Shown: positions 1 to 16,300 of the stretch, piece by piece
Layout: every line of letters begins with the position of its first letter
Position numbering within the stretch: position 1 is the stretch's first letter
Assembly (NCBI GenBank): GCA_964016885.1
Contig: CAXHJY010000738.1
Coordinates: forward strand, 248,001 to 312,000
DNA from: Eledone cirrhosa
Taxonomy: Eukaryota
Length of the DNA: 64,000 nucleotides
Direction: 5' to 3'
Notes under the pieces: generated by a model
Database searches by the model: none
What the model was told of the DNA's origin: nothing
Seen by the model: only the letters and a program-made list of their open reading frames with translations
Translations under genes and position numbers: made by a program

Positions 1-3000
1 TAGTTATATTACAGTACAGTAGGTATATTACAGTACAGTAGGTATATTACAGTACAGTAGATATGTTACAGTACAGTAGATATATTACAGTACAGTAGGT
101 ATAATACAGTACAGTAGGTATATTACAGTACAGTAGGTATATTACAGTACAGTAGGTATATTACAGTACAGTAGGTATATTACACTACAGTAGGTATATT
201 ACAGTACAGTAGGTATATTAAAGTACAGTAGGTATAATACAGTACAGTAGGTATATTACAGTAGAGTAGGTATATTACAGTACAGTAGATATAATACAGT
301 ACAGTAGATATATTACAGTACAGTAGGTATATTACAGTACAGTAGGTATATTACAGTACAGTAGGTATATTACAGTACAGTAGGTATATTACAGTACAGT
401 AGGTATATTACAGTACAGTAGATAGATTACAGTACAGTAGATATATTACAGTACAGTAGGTATATTACAGTACAGTAGGTATATTACAGTACAGTAGATA
501 TATTACAGTACAGTAGGTATATTACAGTACAGTAGATATATTACAGTACAGTAGATATATTACAGTACAGTAGGTATATTACAGTACAGTAGGTATATTA
601 CAGTACATTAGGTATATTACAGTACAGTAGGTATAATACAGTACAGTAGATATATTACAGTACAGTAGGTATATTACAGTACAGTAGGTATATTACAGTA
701 CAGTAGATATATTACAGTACAGTAGGTATAATAGAGTAAACTAGGTATATTACAGTACAGTAGGTATATTACAGTACAGTAGGTATAATACAGTACAGTA
801 GGTATATTACAGTACAGTAGGTATATTACAGTACAGTAGGTATGTTACAGTAGGTATATTACAGTACAGTAGGTATATTACAGTACAGTAGGTATATTAC
901 AGTACAGTAGGTATATTACAGTACAGTAGGTATATTACAGTACAGTAGGTATATTACAGTACAGTAGGTATATTACAGTACAGTAGGTATATTACAGTAC
1001 AGTAGGTATATTACAGTACAGTAGATATATTACAGTACAGTAGGTATATTACAGTACAGTATGTATATTACAGTACAGTAGGTATAATACAGTACAGTAG
1101 GTATATTACAGTACAGAAGGTATATTACAGTACAGTAGGTATATTACAGTACAGTAGGTATATTACAGTACAGTAGATATATTACAGTACAGTAGGTATA
1201 TTACACTACAGTAGATATATTACAGTACAGTAGGTATATTACAGTACAGTAGTTATATTACAGTACAGTAGGTATAATACAGTACAGTAGGTATATTACA
1301 GTACAGTAGGGATAATACAGTACAGTAGATATGTTACAGTTCAGTAGGTATATTACAGTACAGTAGGTATATTACAGTACAGTAGGTATATTACAGTACA
1401 ATAGATATATTACAGTACAGTAGGTATATTATAGTACAGTAGGTATATTACACTACAGTAGGTATATTACAGTACAGTGGATATATTACAGTACAGTAGG
1501 TATATTACAGTACAGTATGTATATTACAGTACAGTAGGTATATTACAGTACAGTAGGTATATTACAGTACAGTATGTATAATACAGTACAGTAGGTATAT
1601 TACAGTACAGTAGGTATATTACAGTACAGTAGGTATATTACAGTACAGTAGGTATAATAAAGTACAGTAGGTATAATACAGTACAGTAGGTATATTACAG
1701 TACAGTAGGTATATTACAGTACAGTAGGTATATTACAGTACAGTAGATATATTACAGTACAGTAGATATATTACAGTACAGTAGATAGATTACAGTACAG
1801 TAGATATATTACAGTACAGTAGGTATATTACAGTACAGTAGATATATTACAGTACAGTAGGTATATTATAGTACAGTAGGTATATTACAGTACAGTAGGT
1901 ATATTACAGTACAGTAGGTATAATACAGTAAAGTAGGTATATTACAGTACAGTAGGTATATTACACTACAGTAGGTATAATACTGTACAGTAGGTATATT
2001 ACAGTACAGTAGGTATATTACAGTACAGTAGGTATGTTACAGTACATTAGGTATATTACAGTACAGTAGGTATATTACAGTACAGTAGGTATATTACAGT
2101 ACAGTAGGTATATTACAGTACAGTAGATATACTACAGTACAGTAGGTATATTACAGTACAGTAGGTATATTACAGTACAGTAGATAGAGTACAGTACAGT
2201 AGATATATTACAGTACAGTAGGTATATTACAGTACAGTAGGTATAATACAGTACAGTAGGTATATTACAGTACAGTAGGTATATTACAGTACAGTAGGTA
2301 TATTACAGTACAGTAGGTATATTACAGTACAGTAGGTATATTACAGTACAGTAGATATATTGCAGTACAGTAGGTATATTACAGTACAGTAGGGATAATA
2401 CAGTACAGTAGATATGTTACAGTACAGTAGGTATATTACAGTACAGTAGGTATATTACAGTACAGTAGGTATATTACAGTACAGTAGACATATTACAGTA
2501 CAGTATGTATATTACAGTACAGTAGGTATATTACAGTACAGTAGGTATATTACAGTACAGTAGGTATATTACAGTACAGTAGGTATATTACAGTACAGTA
2601 GATATATTACAGTACAGTAGGTATATTACAGTACAGTAGGTATATTAGAGTACAGTAGGTATATTACAGTACAGTAGGTATATTACAGTACAGTAAGTAT
2701 ATTACAGTACAGTAGGTATAATACAGTACAGTAGGTATATTACAGTACAGTAGGTATATTACAGTACAGTAGGTATATTACAGTACAGTAGGTATATTAC
2801 AGTACAGTAGGTATATTACAGTACAGTATATATATTACAGTACACTAGGTATATTACAGTACAGTAGGTATATTACAGTACAGTAGATATATTACAGTAC
2901 ACTAGGTATATTACAGTACAGTAGGTATATTACAGTACAGTAGGTATATTACACTACAGTAGGTATATTACAGTACAGTAAGTATATTAATGTGCAGTAT

Positions 3001-3849
3001 GTATAATACAGTACAGTAGGTATATTACAGTACAGTAGATATATTGCAGTACAGTAGATATATTACAGTACAGTAGGTATGTTACAGTACATTAGGTATA
3101 TTACAGTACAGTAGGTATATTACAGTACAGTAGGTATATTACAGTACAGTAGGTATATTACAGTACAGTAGGTATGTTACAGTACAGTAGGTATATTACA
3201 GTACAGTAGTTATAATACAGTACAGTAGGTATATTACAGTACAGTAGGTATATTACAGTACAGTTGGTTATATTACAGTACAGTAGGTATATTGCAGTAC
3301 AGTAGGTATAATACAGTACAGTAGATATATTACAGTACAGTAGGTATATTACACTACAGTAGGTATATTACAGTACAGTAAGTATATTAATGTGCAGTAT
3401 GTATAATACAGTACAGTAGGTATATTACAGTACAGTAGATATATTGCAGTACAGTAGATATATTACAGTACAGTAGGTATGTTACAGTACATTAGGTATA
3501 TTACAGTACAGTAGGTATATTACAGTACAGTAGGTATATTACAGTACAGTAGGTATATTACAGTACAGTAGGTATGTTACAGTACAGTAGGTATATTACA
3601 GTACAGTAGGTATAATACAGTACAGTAGATATATTACAGTACAGTAGCTATATTACACTACAGTAGGTATATTACAGTACAGTAAGTATATTAATGTGCA
3701 GTATGTATAATACAGTACAGTAGGTATATTACAGTACAGTAGGTATATTACAGTACAGTAGGTATAATACAGTACAGTAGATATATTACAGTACAGTAGG
3801 TATATTACACTACAGTAGGTATATTACAGTACAGTAAGTATATTAATGT

Positions 3850-6800
3850 GCAGTATGTATAATACAGTACAGTAGGTATATTACAGTACAGTAGATATAT
3901 TGCAGTACAGTAGATATATTACAGTACAGTAGGTATGTTACAGTACATTAGGTATATTACAGTACAGTAGGTATATTACAGTACAGTAGGTATATTACAG
4001 TACAGTAGGTATATTACAGTACAGTAGGTATGTTACAGTACAGTAGGTATATTACAGTACAGTAGGTATATTACAGTACAGTAGGTATATTACAGTACAG
4101 TAGATATATTACAGTACAGTAGGTATATTACAGTACAGTAGGTATATTACAGGACAGTAGATAGAGTACAGTACAGTAGATATATTACAGTACAGTAGGT
4201 ATAATACAGTACAGTAGCTATATTACAGTACAGTAGGTATATTACAGTACAGTAGGTATATTACAGTACAGTAGGTATATTACAGTACAGTAGGTATATT
4301 ACAGTACAGTAGGTATATTACAGTACAGTAGATATATTGCAGTACAGTAGGTATATTACAATACAGTAGATAGATTACAGTACATTAGATATATTACAGT
4401 ACAGTAGATATATTACAGTACAATAGGTATATTACAGTACAGTAGGTATATTACAGTACAGTAGATATATTACAGTACAGTAGGTATATTACAGTACAAT
4501 AGATATATTACAGTACAGTAGATATATTACAGTACAGTAGGTATATTACAGTACAGTAGGTATATTACAGTACAGTAGGTATATTACAGTACAGTAGATA
4601 TATTACAGTACAGTAGGTATAATACAGTACAGTAGGTATATTACAGTACAGTAGGTATATTACAGTACATTAGGTATATTACAGTACAGTAGTTATAATA
4701 CAGTACAGTAGGTATATTACAGTACAGTAGGTATATTACAGTACAGTTGGTTATATTACAGTACAGTAGGTATATTGCAGTACAGTAGGTATATTACAGT
4801 ACAGTAGATATAATACAGTACAGTAGATATATTACAGTACAGTAGGTATATTACAGTACAGTTGGAATATTACAGTATAGTAGGTATATTACAGTACAGT
4901 AGGTATATTACAGTACAGTAGGTATATTACAGTACACTAGGTATATTACAGTACAGTAGGTATATTACAGTACAGTAGATATATTACAGTACACTGGGTA
5001 TATTACAGTACAGTAGGTATATTACAGTACAGTAGATATATTACAGTACAGTAGGTATAATACCATACAGTAGGTATATTACAGTACAGTAGGTATATTA
5101 CAGTACAGTAGGTATAATACAGTACAGTAGATATATTGCAGTACAGTAGGTATATTAGACTACAGTAGGTATATTACAGTACAGTAGGTATATTAAAGTA
5201 CAGTAGGTATAATACAGTACAGTAGGTATATTACAGTACAGTAGGTATATTACAGTACAGTAGATATAATACAATACAGTAGATATATTGCAGTACAGTA
5301 GGTATATTACTGTACAGTAGGTATATTACAGTACAGTAGATATATTACAGTACAGTAGTTATATTACAGTACAGTAGGTATATTACAGTACAGTAGGTAT
5401 ATTACAGTACAGTAGATATGTTACAGTACAGTAGATATATTACAGTACAGTAGGTATAATACAGTACAGTAGGTATATTACAGTACAGTAGGTATATTAC
5501 AGTACAGTAGGTATATTACAGTACAGTAGGTATATTACACTACAGTAGGTATATTACAGTACAGTAGGTATATTAAAGTACAGTAGGTATAATACAGTAC
5601 AGTAGGTATATTACAGTACAGTAGGGATAATACAGTACAGTAGATATGTTACAGTTCAGTAGGTATATTACAGTACAGTAGGTATATTACAGTACAGTAG
5701 GTATATTACAGTACAGTAGACATATTACAGTACAGTATGTATATTACAGTACAGTAGGTATATTACAGTACAGTAGGTATATTACAGTACAGTAGGTATA
5801 TTACAGTACAGTAGACATATTACAGTACAGTAGGTATATTACAGTACAGTAGGTATATTACAGTACAGTAGGTATATTACAGTACAGTAGGTATATTACA
5901 GTACAGTAGGTATATTACAGTACAGTAGGTATATTACAGTACAGTAGGTATATTACAGTACAGTAGATAGATTACAGTACAGTAGATAGATTACAGTACA
6001 GTAGATATATTACAGTACAGTAGGTATATTACAGTACAATAGATATATTACAGTACAGTAGGTATATTATAGTACAGTAGGTATATTACACTACAGTAGG
6101 TATATTACAGTACAGTGGATATATTACAGTACAGTAGGTATATTACAGTACAGTAGGTATATTACAGTACAGTAGGTATATTACAGTACAGTAGGTATAA
6201 TACAGTACAGTAGGTATATTACAGTACAGTAGGTATATTACAGTACAGTAGGTATATTACAGTACAGTAGGTATAATACAGTACAGTAGATATATTACAG
6301 TACAGTAGATATATTACAGTACAGTAGGTATATTATAGTACAGTAGGTATATTACAGTACAGTAGGTATATTACAGTACAGTAGATATATTACAGTACAG
6401 TAGGTATATTATAGTACAGTAGGTATATTACAGTACAGTAGGTATATTACAGTACAGTAGGTATAATACAGTAAAGTAGGTATATTACAGTACAGTAGGT
6501 ATATTACACTACAGTAGGTATAATACAGTACAGTAGGTATATTACAGTACAGTAGGTATATTACAGTACAGTAGGTATGTTACAGTACATTAGGTATATT
6601 ACAGTACAGTAGGTATATTACAGTACAGTAGGTATATTACAGTACAGTAGGTATATTACAGTACAGTAGATATATTACAGTACAGTAGGTATATTACAGT
6701 ACAGTAGGTATATTACAGTACAGTAGATAGAGTACAGTACAGTAGATATATTACAGTACAGTAGGTATATTACAGTACAGTAGGTATAATACAGTACAGT

Positions 6801-9800
6801 AGGTATATTACAGTACAGTAGGTATATTACAGTACAGTAGGTATATTACAGTACAGTAGGTATATTACAGTACAGTAGGTATATTACAGTACAGTAGATA
6901 TATTGCAGTACAGTAGGTATATTACAGTACAGTAGGGATAATACAGTACAGTAGATATGTTACAGTACAGTAGGTATATTACAGTACAGTAGGTATATTA
7001 CAGTACAGTAGGTATATTACAGTACAGTAGACATATTACAGTACAGTATGTATATTACAGTACAGTAGGTATATTACAGTACAGTAGGTATATTACAGTA
7101 CAGTAGGTATATTACAGTACAGTAGGTATATTACAGTACAGTAGATATATTACAGTACAGTAGGTATATTACAGTACAGTAGGTATATTAGAGTACAGTA
7201 GGTATATTACAGTACAGTAGGTATATTACAGTACAGTAGGTATATTACAGTACAGTAGGTATATTACAGTACAGTAGGTATATTACAGTACAGTAGGTAT
7301 ATTACAGTACAGTAGGTATATTACAGTACAGTATATATATTACAGTACACTAGGTATATTACAGTACAGTAGGTATATTACAGTACAGTAGATATATTAC
7401 AGTACACTAGGTATATTACAGTACAGTAGGTATATTACAGTACAGTAGATATATTACAGTACAGTAGGTATAATACCATACAGTAGGTATATTACAGTAC
7501 AGTAGGTATATTACAGTACAGTAGGTATAATACAGTACAGTAGATATATTACAGTACAGTAGGTATATTACACTACAGTAGGTATATTACAGTACAGTAA
7601 GTATATTAATGTGCAGTAGGTATAATACAGTACAGTAGGTATATTACAGTACAGTAGATATATTGCAGTACAGTAGATATATTACAGTACAGTAGGTATG
7701 TTACAGTACATTAGGTATATTACAGTACAGTAGGTATATTACAGTACAGTAGGTATATTACAGTACAGTAGGTATATTACAGTACAGTAGGTATGTTACA
7801 GTACAGTAGGTATATTACAGTACAGTAGGTATATTACAGTACAGTAGGTATATTACAGTACAGTAGATATATTACAGTACAGTAGGTATATTACAGTACA
7901 GTAGGTATATTACAGTACAGTAGATAGAGTACAGTACAGTAGATATATTACAGTACAGTAGGTATAATACAGTACAGTAGGTATATTACAGTACAGTAGG
8001 TATATTACAGTACAGTAGGTATATTACAGTACAGTAGGTATATTACAGTACAGTAGGTATATTACAGTACAGTAGATATATTACAGTACAGTAGATATAT
8101 TACAGTACAGTAGGTATATTACAGTACAGTAGATATATTACAGTACAGTAGGTATATTACAGTACAGTAGATATATTACAGTACAGTAGGTATATTATAG
8201 TACAGTAGGTATATTACAGTACAGTAGGTATATTACAGTACAGTAGGTATAATACAGTAAAGTAGGTATATTACAGTACAGTAGGTATATTACACTACAG
8301 TAGGTATAATACTGTACAGTAGGTATATTACAGTACAGTAGGTATATTACAGTACAGTAGGTATGTTACAGTACATTAGGTATATTACAGTACAGTAGGT
8401 ATATTACAGTACAGTAGGTATATTACAGTACAGTAGGTATATTACAGTACAGTAGATATATTACAGTACAGTAGGTATATTACAGTACAGTAGGTATATT
8501 ACAGTACAGTAGATAGAGTACAGTACAGTAGATATATTACAGTACAGTAGGTATATTACAGTACAGTAGGTATAATACAGTACAGTAGGTATATTACAGT
8601 ACAGTAGGTATATTACAGTACAGTAGGTATATTACAGTACACTAGGTATATTACAGTACAGTAGGTATATTACAGTACAGTAGATATATTGCAGTACAGT
8701 AGGTATATTACAGTACAGTAGGGATAATACAGTACAGTAGATATGTTACAGTACAGTAGGTATATTACAGTACAGTAGGTATATTACAGTACAGTAGGTA
8801 TATTACAGTACAGTAGACATATTACAGTACAGTATGTATATTACAGTACAGTAGGTATATTACAGTACAGTAGGTATATTACAGTACAGTAGGTATATTA
8901 CAGTACAGTAGGTATATTACAGTACAGTAGATATATTACAGTACAGTAGGTATATTACAGTACAGTAGGTATATTAGAGTACAGTAGGTATATTACAGTA
9001 CAGTAGGTATATTACAGTACAGTAAGTATATTACAGTACAGTAGGTATAATACAGTACAGTAGGTATATTACAGTACAGTAGGTATATTACAGTACAGTA
9101 GGTATATTACAGTACAGTAGGTATATTACAGTACAGTAGGTATATTACAGTACAGTATATATATTACAGTACACTAGGTATATTACAGTACAGTAGGTAT
9201 ATTACAGTACAGTAGATATATTACAGTACACTAGGTATATTACAGTACAGTAGGTATATTACAGTACAGTAGATATATTACAGTACAGTAGGTATAATAC
9301 CATACAGTAGGTATATTACAGTACAGTAGGTATATTACAGTACAGTAGGTATAATACAGTACAGTAGATATATTACAGTACAGTAGGTATATTACACTAC
9401 AGTAGGTATATTACAGTACAGTAAGTATATTAATGCGCAGTATGTATAATACAGTACAGTAGGTATATTACAGTACAGTAGATATATTGCAGTACAGTAG
9501 ATATATTACAGTACAGTAGGTATGTTACAGTACATTAGGTATATTACAGTACAGTAGGTATATTACAGTACAGTAGGTATATTACAGTACAGTAGGTATA
9601 TTACAGTACAGTAGGTATGTTACAGTACAGTAGGTATATTACAGTACAGTAGGTATATTACAGTACAGTAGGTATATTACAGTACAGTAGATATATTACA
9701 GTACAGTAGGTATATTACAGTACAGTAGGTATATTACAGGACAGTAGATAGAGTACAGTACAGTAGATATATTACAGTACAGTAGGTATAATACAGTACA

Positions 9801-12800
9801 GTAGCTATATTACAGTACAGTAGGTATATTACAGTACAGTAGGTATATTACAGTACAGTAGGTATATTACAGTACAGTAGGTATATTACAGTACAGTAGG
9901 TATATTACAGTACAGTAGATATATTGCAGTACAGTAGGTATATTACAATACAGTAGATAGATTACAGTACATTAGATATATTACAGTACAGTAGATATAT
10001 TACAGTACAATAGGTATATTACAGTACAGTAGGTATATTACAGTACAGTAGATATATTACAGTACAGTAGGTATATTACAGTACAATAGATATATTACAG
10101 TACAGTAGATATATTACAGTACAGTAGGTATATTACAGTACAGTAGGTATATTACAGTACAGTAGGTATATTACAGTACAGTAGATATATTACAGTACAG
10201 TAGGTATAATACAGTACAGTAGGTATATTACAGTACAGTAGGTATATTACAGTACATTAGGTATATTACAGTACAGTAGTTATAATACAGTACAGTAGGT
10301 ATATTACAGTACAGTAGGTATATTACAGTACAGTTGGTTATATTACAGTACAGTAGGTATATTGCAGTACAGTAGGTATATTACAGTACATTAGATATAA
10401 TACAGTACAGTAGATATATTACAGTACAGTAGGTATATTACAGTACAGTTGGAATATTACAGTACAGTAGGTATATTACAGTACAGTAGGTATATTACAG
10501 TACAGTAGGTATATTACAGTACACTAGGTATATTACAGTACAGTAGGTATATTACAGTACAGTAGATATATTACAGTACACTGGGTATATTACAGTACAG
10601 TAGGTATATTACAGTACAGTAGATATATTACAGTACAGTAGGTATAATACCATACAGTAGGTATATTACAGTACAGTAGGTATATTACAGTACAGTAGGT
10701 ATAATACAGTACAGTAGATATATTGCAGTACAGTAGGTATATTACACTACAGTAGGTATATTACAGTACAGTAGGTATATTAAAGTACAGTAGGTATAAT
10801 ACAGTACAGTAGGTATATTACAGTACAGTAGGTATATTACAGTACAGTAGATATAATACAATACAGTAGATATATTGCAGTACAGTAGGTATATTACTGT
10901 ACAGTAGGTATATTACAGTACAGTAGATATATTACAGTACAGTAGTTATATTACAGTACAGTAGGTATATTACAGTACAGTAGGTATATTACAGTACAGT
11001 AGATATGTTACAGTACAGTAGATATATTACAGTACAGTAGGTATAATACAGTACAGTAGGTATATTACAGTACAGTAGGTATATTACAGTACAGTAGGTA
11101 TATTACAGTACAGTAGGTATATTACAGTACAGTAGATATATTACAGTACAGTAGGTATATTACAGTACAGTAGGTATATTACAGTACAGTAGATAGAGTA
11201 CAGTACAGTAGATATATTACAGTACAGTAGGTATATTACAGTACAGTAGGTATAATACAGTACAGTAGGTATATTACAGTACAGTAGGTATATTACAGTA
11301 CAGTAGGTATATTACAGTACACTAGGTATATTACAGTACAGTAGGTATATTACAGTACAGTAGATATATTGCAGTACAGTAGGTATATTACAGTACAGTA
11401 GGGATAATACAGTACAGTAGATATGTTACAGTACAGTAGGTATATTACAGTACAGTAGGTATATTACAGTACAGTAGGTATATTACAGTACAGTAGACAT
11501 ATTACAGTACAGTATGTATATTACAGTACAGTAGGTATATTACAGTACAGTAGGTATATTACAGTACAGTAGGTATATTACAGTACAGTAGGTATATTAC
11601 AGTACAGTAGATATATTACAGTACAGTAGGTATATTACAGTACAGTAGGTATATTAGAGTACAGTAGGTATATTACAGTACAGTAGGTATATTACAGTAC
11701 AGTAAGTATATTACAGTACAGTAGGTATAATACAGTACAGTAGGTATATTACAGTACAGTAGGTATATTACAGTACAGTAGGTATATTACAGTACAGTAG
11801 GTATATTACAGTACAGTAGGTATATTACAGTACAGTATATATATTACAGTACACTAGGTATATTACAGTACAGTAGGTATATTACAGTACAGTAGATATA
11901 TTACAGTACACTAGGTATATTACAGTACAGTAGGTATATTACAGTACAGTAGATATATTACAGTACAGTAGGTATAATACCATACAGTAGGTATATTACA
12001 GTACAGTAGGTATATTACAGTACAGTAGGTATAATACAGTACAGTAGATATATTACAGTACAGTAGGTATATTACACTACAGTAGGTATATTACAGTACA
12101 GTAAGTATATTAATGCGCAGTATGTATAATACAGTACAGTAGGTATATTACAGTACAGTAGATATATTGCAGTACAGTAGATATATTACAGTACAGTAGG
12201 TATGTTACAGTACATTAGGTATATTACAGTACAGTAGGTATATTACAGTACAGTAGGTATATTACAGTACAGTAGGTATATTACAGTACAGTAGGTATGT
12301 TACAGTACAGTAGGTATATTACAGTACAGTAGGTATATTACAGTACAGTAGGTATATTACAGTACAGTAGATATATTACAGTACAGTAGGTATATTACAG
12401 TACAGTAGGTATATTACAGGACAGTAGATAGAGTACAGTACAGTAGATATATTACAGTACAGTAGGTATAATACAGTACAGTAGCTATATTACAGTACAG
12501 TAGGTATATTACAGTACAGTAGGTATATTACAGTACAGTAGGTATATTACAGTACAGTAGGTATATTACAGTACAGTAGGTATATTACAGTACAGTAGAT
12601 ATATTGCAGTACAGTAGGTATATTACAATACAGTAGATAGATTACAGTACATTAGATATATTACAGTACAGTAGATATATTACAGTACAATAGGTATATT
12701 ACAGTACAGTAGGTATATTACAGTACAGTAGATATATTACAGTACAGTAGGTATATTACAGTACAATAGATATATTACAGTACAGTAGATATATTACAGT

Positions 12801-15800
12801 ACAGTAGGTATATTACAGTACAGTAGGTATATTACAGTACAGTAGGTATATTACAGTACAGTAGATATATTACAGTACAGTAGGTATAATACAGTACAGT
12901 AGGTATATTACAGTACAGTAGGTATATTACAGTACATTAGGTATATTACAGTACAGTAGTTATAATACAGTACAGTAGGTATATTACAGTACAGTAGGTA
13001 TATTACAGTACAGTTGGTTATATTACAGTACAGTAGGTATATTGCAGTACAGTAGGTATATTACAGTACATTAGATATAATACAGTACAGTAGATATATT
13101 ACAGTACAGTAGGTATATTACAGTACAGTTGGAATATTACAGTACAGTAGGTATATTACAGTACAGTAGGTATATTACAGTACAGTAGGTATATTACAGT
13201 ACACTAGGTATATTACAGTACAGTAGGTATATTACAGTACAGTAGATATATTACAGTACACTGGGTATATTACAGTACAGTAGGTATATTACAGTACAGT
13301 AGATATATTACAGTACAGTAGGTATAATACCATACAGTAGGTATATTACAGTACAGTAGGTATATTACAGTACAGTAGGTATAATACAGTACAGTAGATA
13401 TATTGCAGTACAGTAGGTATATTACACTACAGTAGGTATATTACAGTACAGTAGGTATATTAAAGTACAGTAGGTATAATACAGTACAGTAGGTATATTA
13501 CAGTACAGTAGGTATATTACAGTACAGTAGATATAATACAATACAGTAGATATATTGCAGTACAGTAGGTATATTACTGTACAGTAGGTATATTACAGTA
13601 CAGTAGATATATTACAGTACAGTAGTTATATTACAGTACAGTAGGTATATTACAGTACAGTAGGTATATTACAGTACAGTAGATATGTTACAGTACAGTA
13701 GATATATTACAGTACAGTAGGTATAATACAGTACAGTAGGTATATTACAGTACAGTAGGTATATTACAGTACAGTAGGTATATTACAGTACAGTAGGTAT
13801 ATTACAGTACAGTAGGTATATTAAAGTACAGTAGGTATAATACAGTACAGTAGGTATATTACAGTACAGTAGGGATAATACAGTACAGTAGATATGTTAC
13901 AGTTCAGTAGGTATATTACAGTACAGTAGGTATATTACAGTACAGTAGGTATATTACAGTACAGTAGACATATTACAGTACAGTATGTATATTACAGTAC
14001 AGTAGGTATATTACAGTACAGTAGGTATATTACAGTACAGTAGGTATATTACAGTACAGTAGACATATTACAGTACAGTAGGTATATTACAGTACAGTAG
14101 GTATATTACAGTACAGTAGGTATATTACAGTACAGTAGGTATATTACAGTACAGTAGGTATATTACAGTACAGTAGGTATATTACAGTACAGTAGGTATA
14201 TTACAGTACAGTAGATAGATTACAGTACAGTAGATAGATTACAGTACAGTAGATATATTACAGTACAGTAGGTATATTACAGTACAATAGATATATTACA
14301 GTACAGTAGGTATATTATAGTACAGTAGGTATATTACACTACAGTAGGTATATTACAGTACAGTGGATATATTACAGTACAGTAGGTATATTACAGTACA
14401 GTAGGTATATTACAGTACAGTAGGTATATTACAGTACAGTAGGTATAATACAGTACAGTAGGTATATTACAGTACAGTAGGTATATTACAGTACAGTAGG
14501 TATATTACAGTACAGTAGGTATAATACAGTACAGTAGATATATTACAGTACAGTAGATATATTACAGTACAGTAGGTATATTATAGTACAGTAGGTATAT
14601 TACAGTACAGTAGGTATATTACAGTACAGTAGATATATTACAGTACAGTAGGTATATTGTAGTACAGTAGGTATATTACAGTACAGTAGGTATATTACAG
14701 TACAGTAGGTATAATACAGTAAAGTAGGTATATTACAGTACAGTAGGTATATTACACTACAGTAGGTATAATACAGTACAGTAGGTATATTACAGTACAG
14801 TAGGTATATTACAGTACAGTAGGTATGTTACAGTACATTAGGTATATTACAGTACAGTAGGTATATTACAGTACAGTAGGTATATTACAGTACAGTAGGT
14901 ATATTACAGTACAGTAGATATATTACAGTACAGTAGGTATATTACAGTACAGTAGGTATATTACAGTACAGTAGATAGAGTACAGTACAGTAGATATATT
15001 ACAGTACAGTAGGTATATTACAGTACAGTAGGTATAATACAGTACAGTAGGTATATTACAGTACAGTAGGTATATTACAGTACAGTAGGTATATTACAGT
15101 ACAGTAGGTATATTACAGTACAGTAGGTATATTACAGTACAGTAGATATATTGCAGTACAGTAGGTATATTACAGTACAGTAGGGATAATACAGTACAGT
15201 AGATATGTTACAGTACAGTAGGTATATTACAGTACAGTAGGTATATTACAGTACAGTAGGTATATTACAGTACAGTAGACATATTACAGTACAGTATGTA
15301 TATTACAGTACAGTAGGTATATTACAGTACAGTAGGTATATTACAGTACAGTAGGTATATTACAGTACAGTAGGTATATTACAGTACAGTAGATATATTA
15401 CAGTACAGTAGGTATATTACAGTACAGTAGGTATATTAGAGTACAGTAGGTATATTACAGTACAGTAGGTATATTACAGTACAGTAGGTATATTACAGTA
15501 CAGTAGGTATATTACAGTACAGTAGGTATATTACAGTACAGTAGGTATATTACAGTACAGTAGGTATATTACAGTACAGTAGGTATATTACAGTACACTA
15601 GGTATATTACAGTACAGTAGGTATATTACAGTACAGTAGATATATTACAGTACACTAGGTATATTACAGTACAGTAGGTATATTACAGTACAGTAGATAT
15701 ATTACAGTACAGTAGGTATAATACCATACAGTAGGTATATTACAGTACAGTAGGTATATTACAGTACAGTAGGTATAATACAGTACAGTAGATATATTAC

Positions 15801-16300
15801 AGTACAGTAGGTATATTACACTACAGTAGGTATATTACAGTACAGTAAGTATATTAATGTGCAGTAGGTATAATACAGTACAGTAGGTATATTACAGTAC
15901 AGTAGATATATTGCAGTACAGTAGATATATTACAGTACAGTAGGTATGTTACAGTACATTAGGTATATTACAGTACAGTAGGTATATTACAGTACAGTAG
16001 GTATATTACAGTACAGTAGGTATATTACAGTACAGTAGGTATGTTACAGTACAGTAGGTATATTACAGTACAGTAGGTATATTACAGTACAGTAGGTATA
16101 TTACAGTACAGTAGATATATTACAGTACAGTAGGTATATTACAGTACAGTAGGTATATTACAGTACAGTAGATAGAGTACAGTACAGTAGATATATTACA
16201 GTACAGTAGGTATAATACAGTACAGTAGGTATATTACAGTACAGTAGGTATATTACAGTACAGTAGGTATATTACAGTACAGTAGGTATATTACAGTACA
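3850..16300 (+). repeat. Long-range duplication ~3850-8050 vs ~12100-16300, offset ~8,248-8,267 bp
   Basis: AGGACAG 4151/12418 (8267); ACAGTTCAG 5651/13899 (8248); TACAGTGGAT 6111/14359 (8248); GTATATTAATGTGCAG 7601/15849 (8248). Confidence 0.82.
8380..13810 (+). repeat. Near-perfect tandem duplication, period 2,680 bp (141 monomers + one 1-bp insertion)
   Basis: Markers at a constant offset of 2680: AGATAGAGTA 8511/11191; ACTAGGTATA 8641/11321; GTAAGTATATTAATGCGCAG 9421/12101; ATATTACAGG 9731/12411; TTAGATATAA 10391/13071; AGATATGTTA 11001/13681. Confidence 0.93.

Noticed and set aside
1-190. 10 x 19 = 190 bp nucleosome-length periodicity
   Set aside because: This is a numerical coincidence only; I saw no 10-monomer periodicity in the variants.
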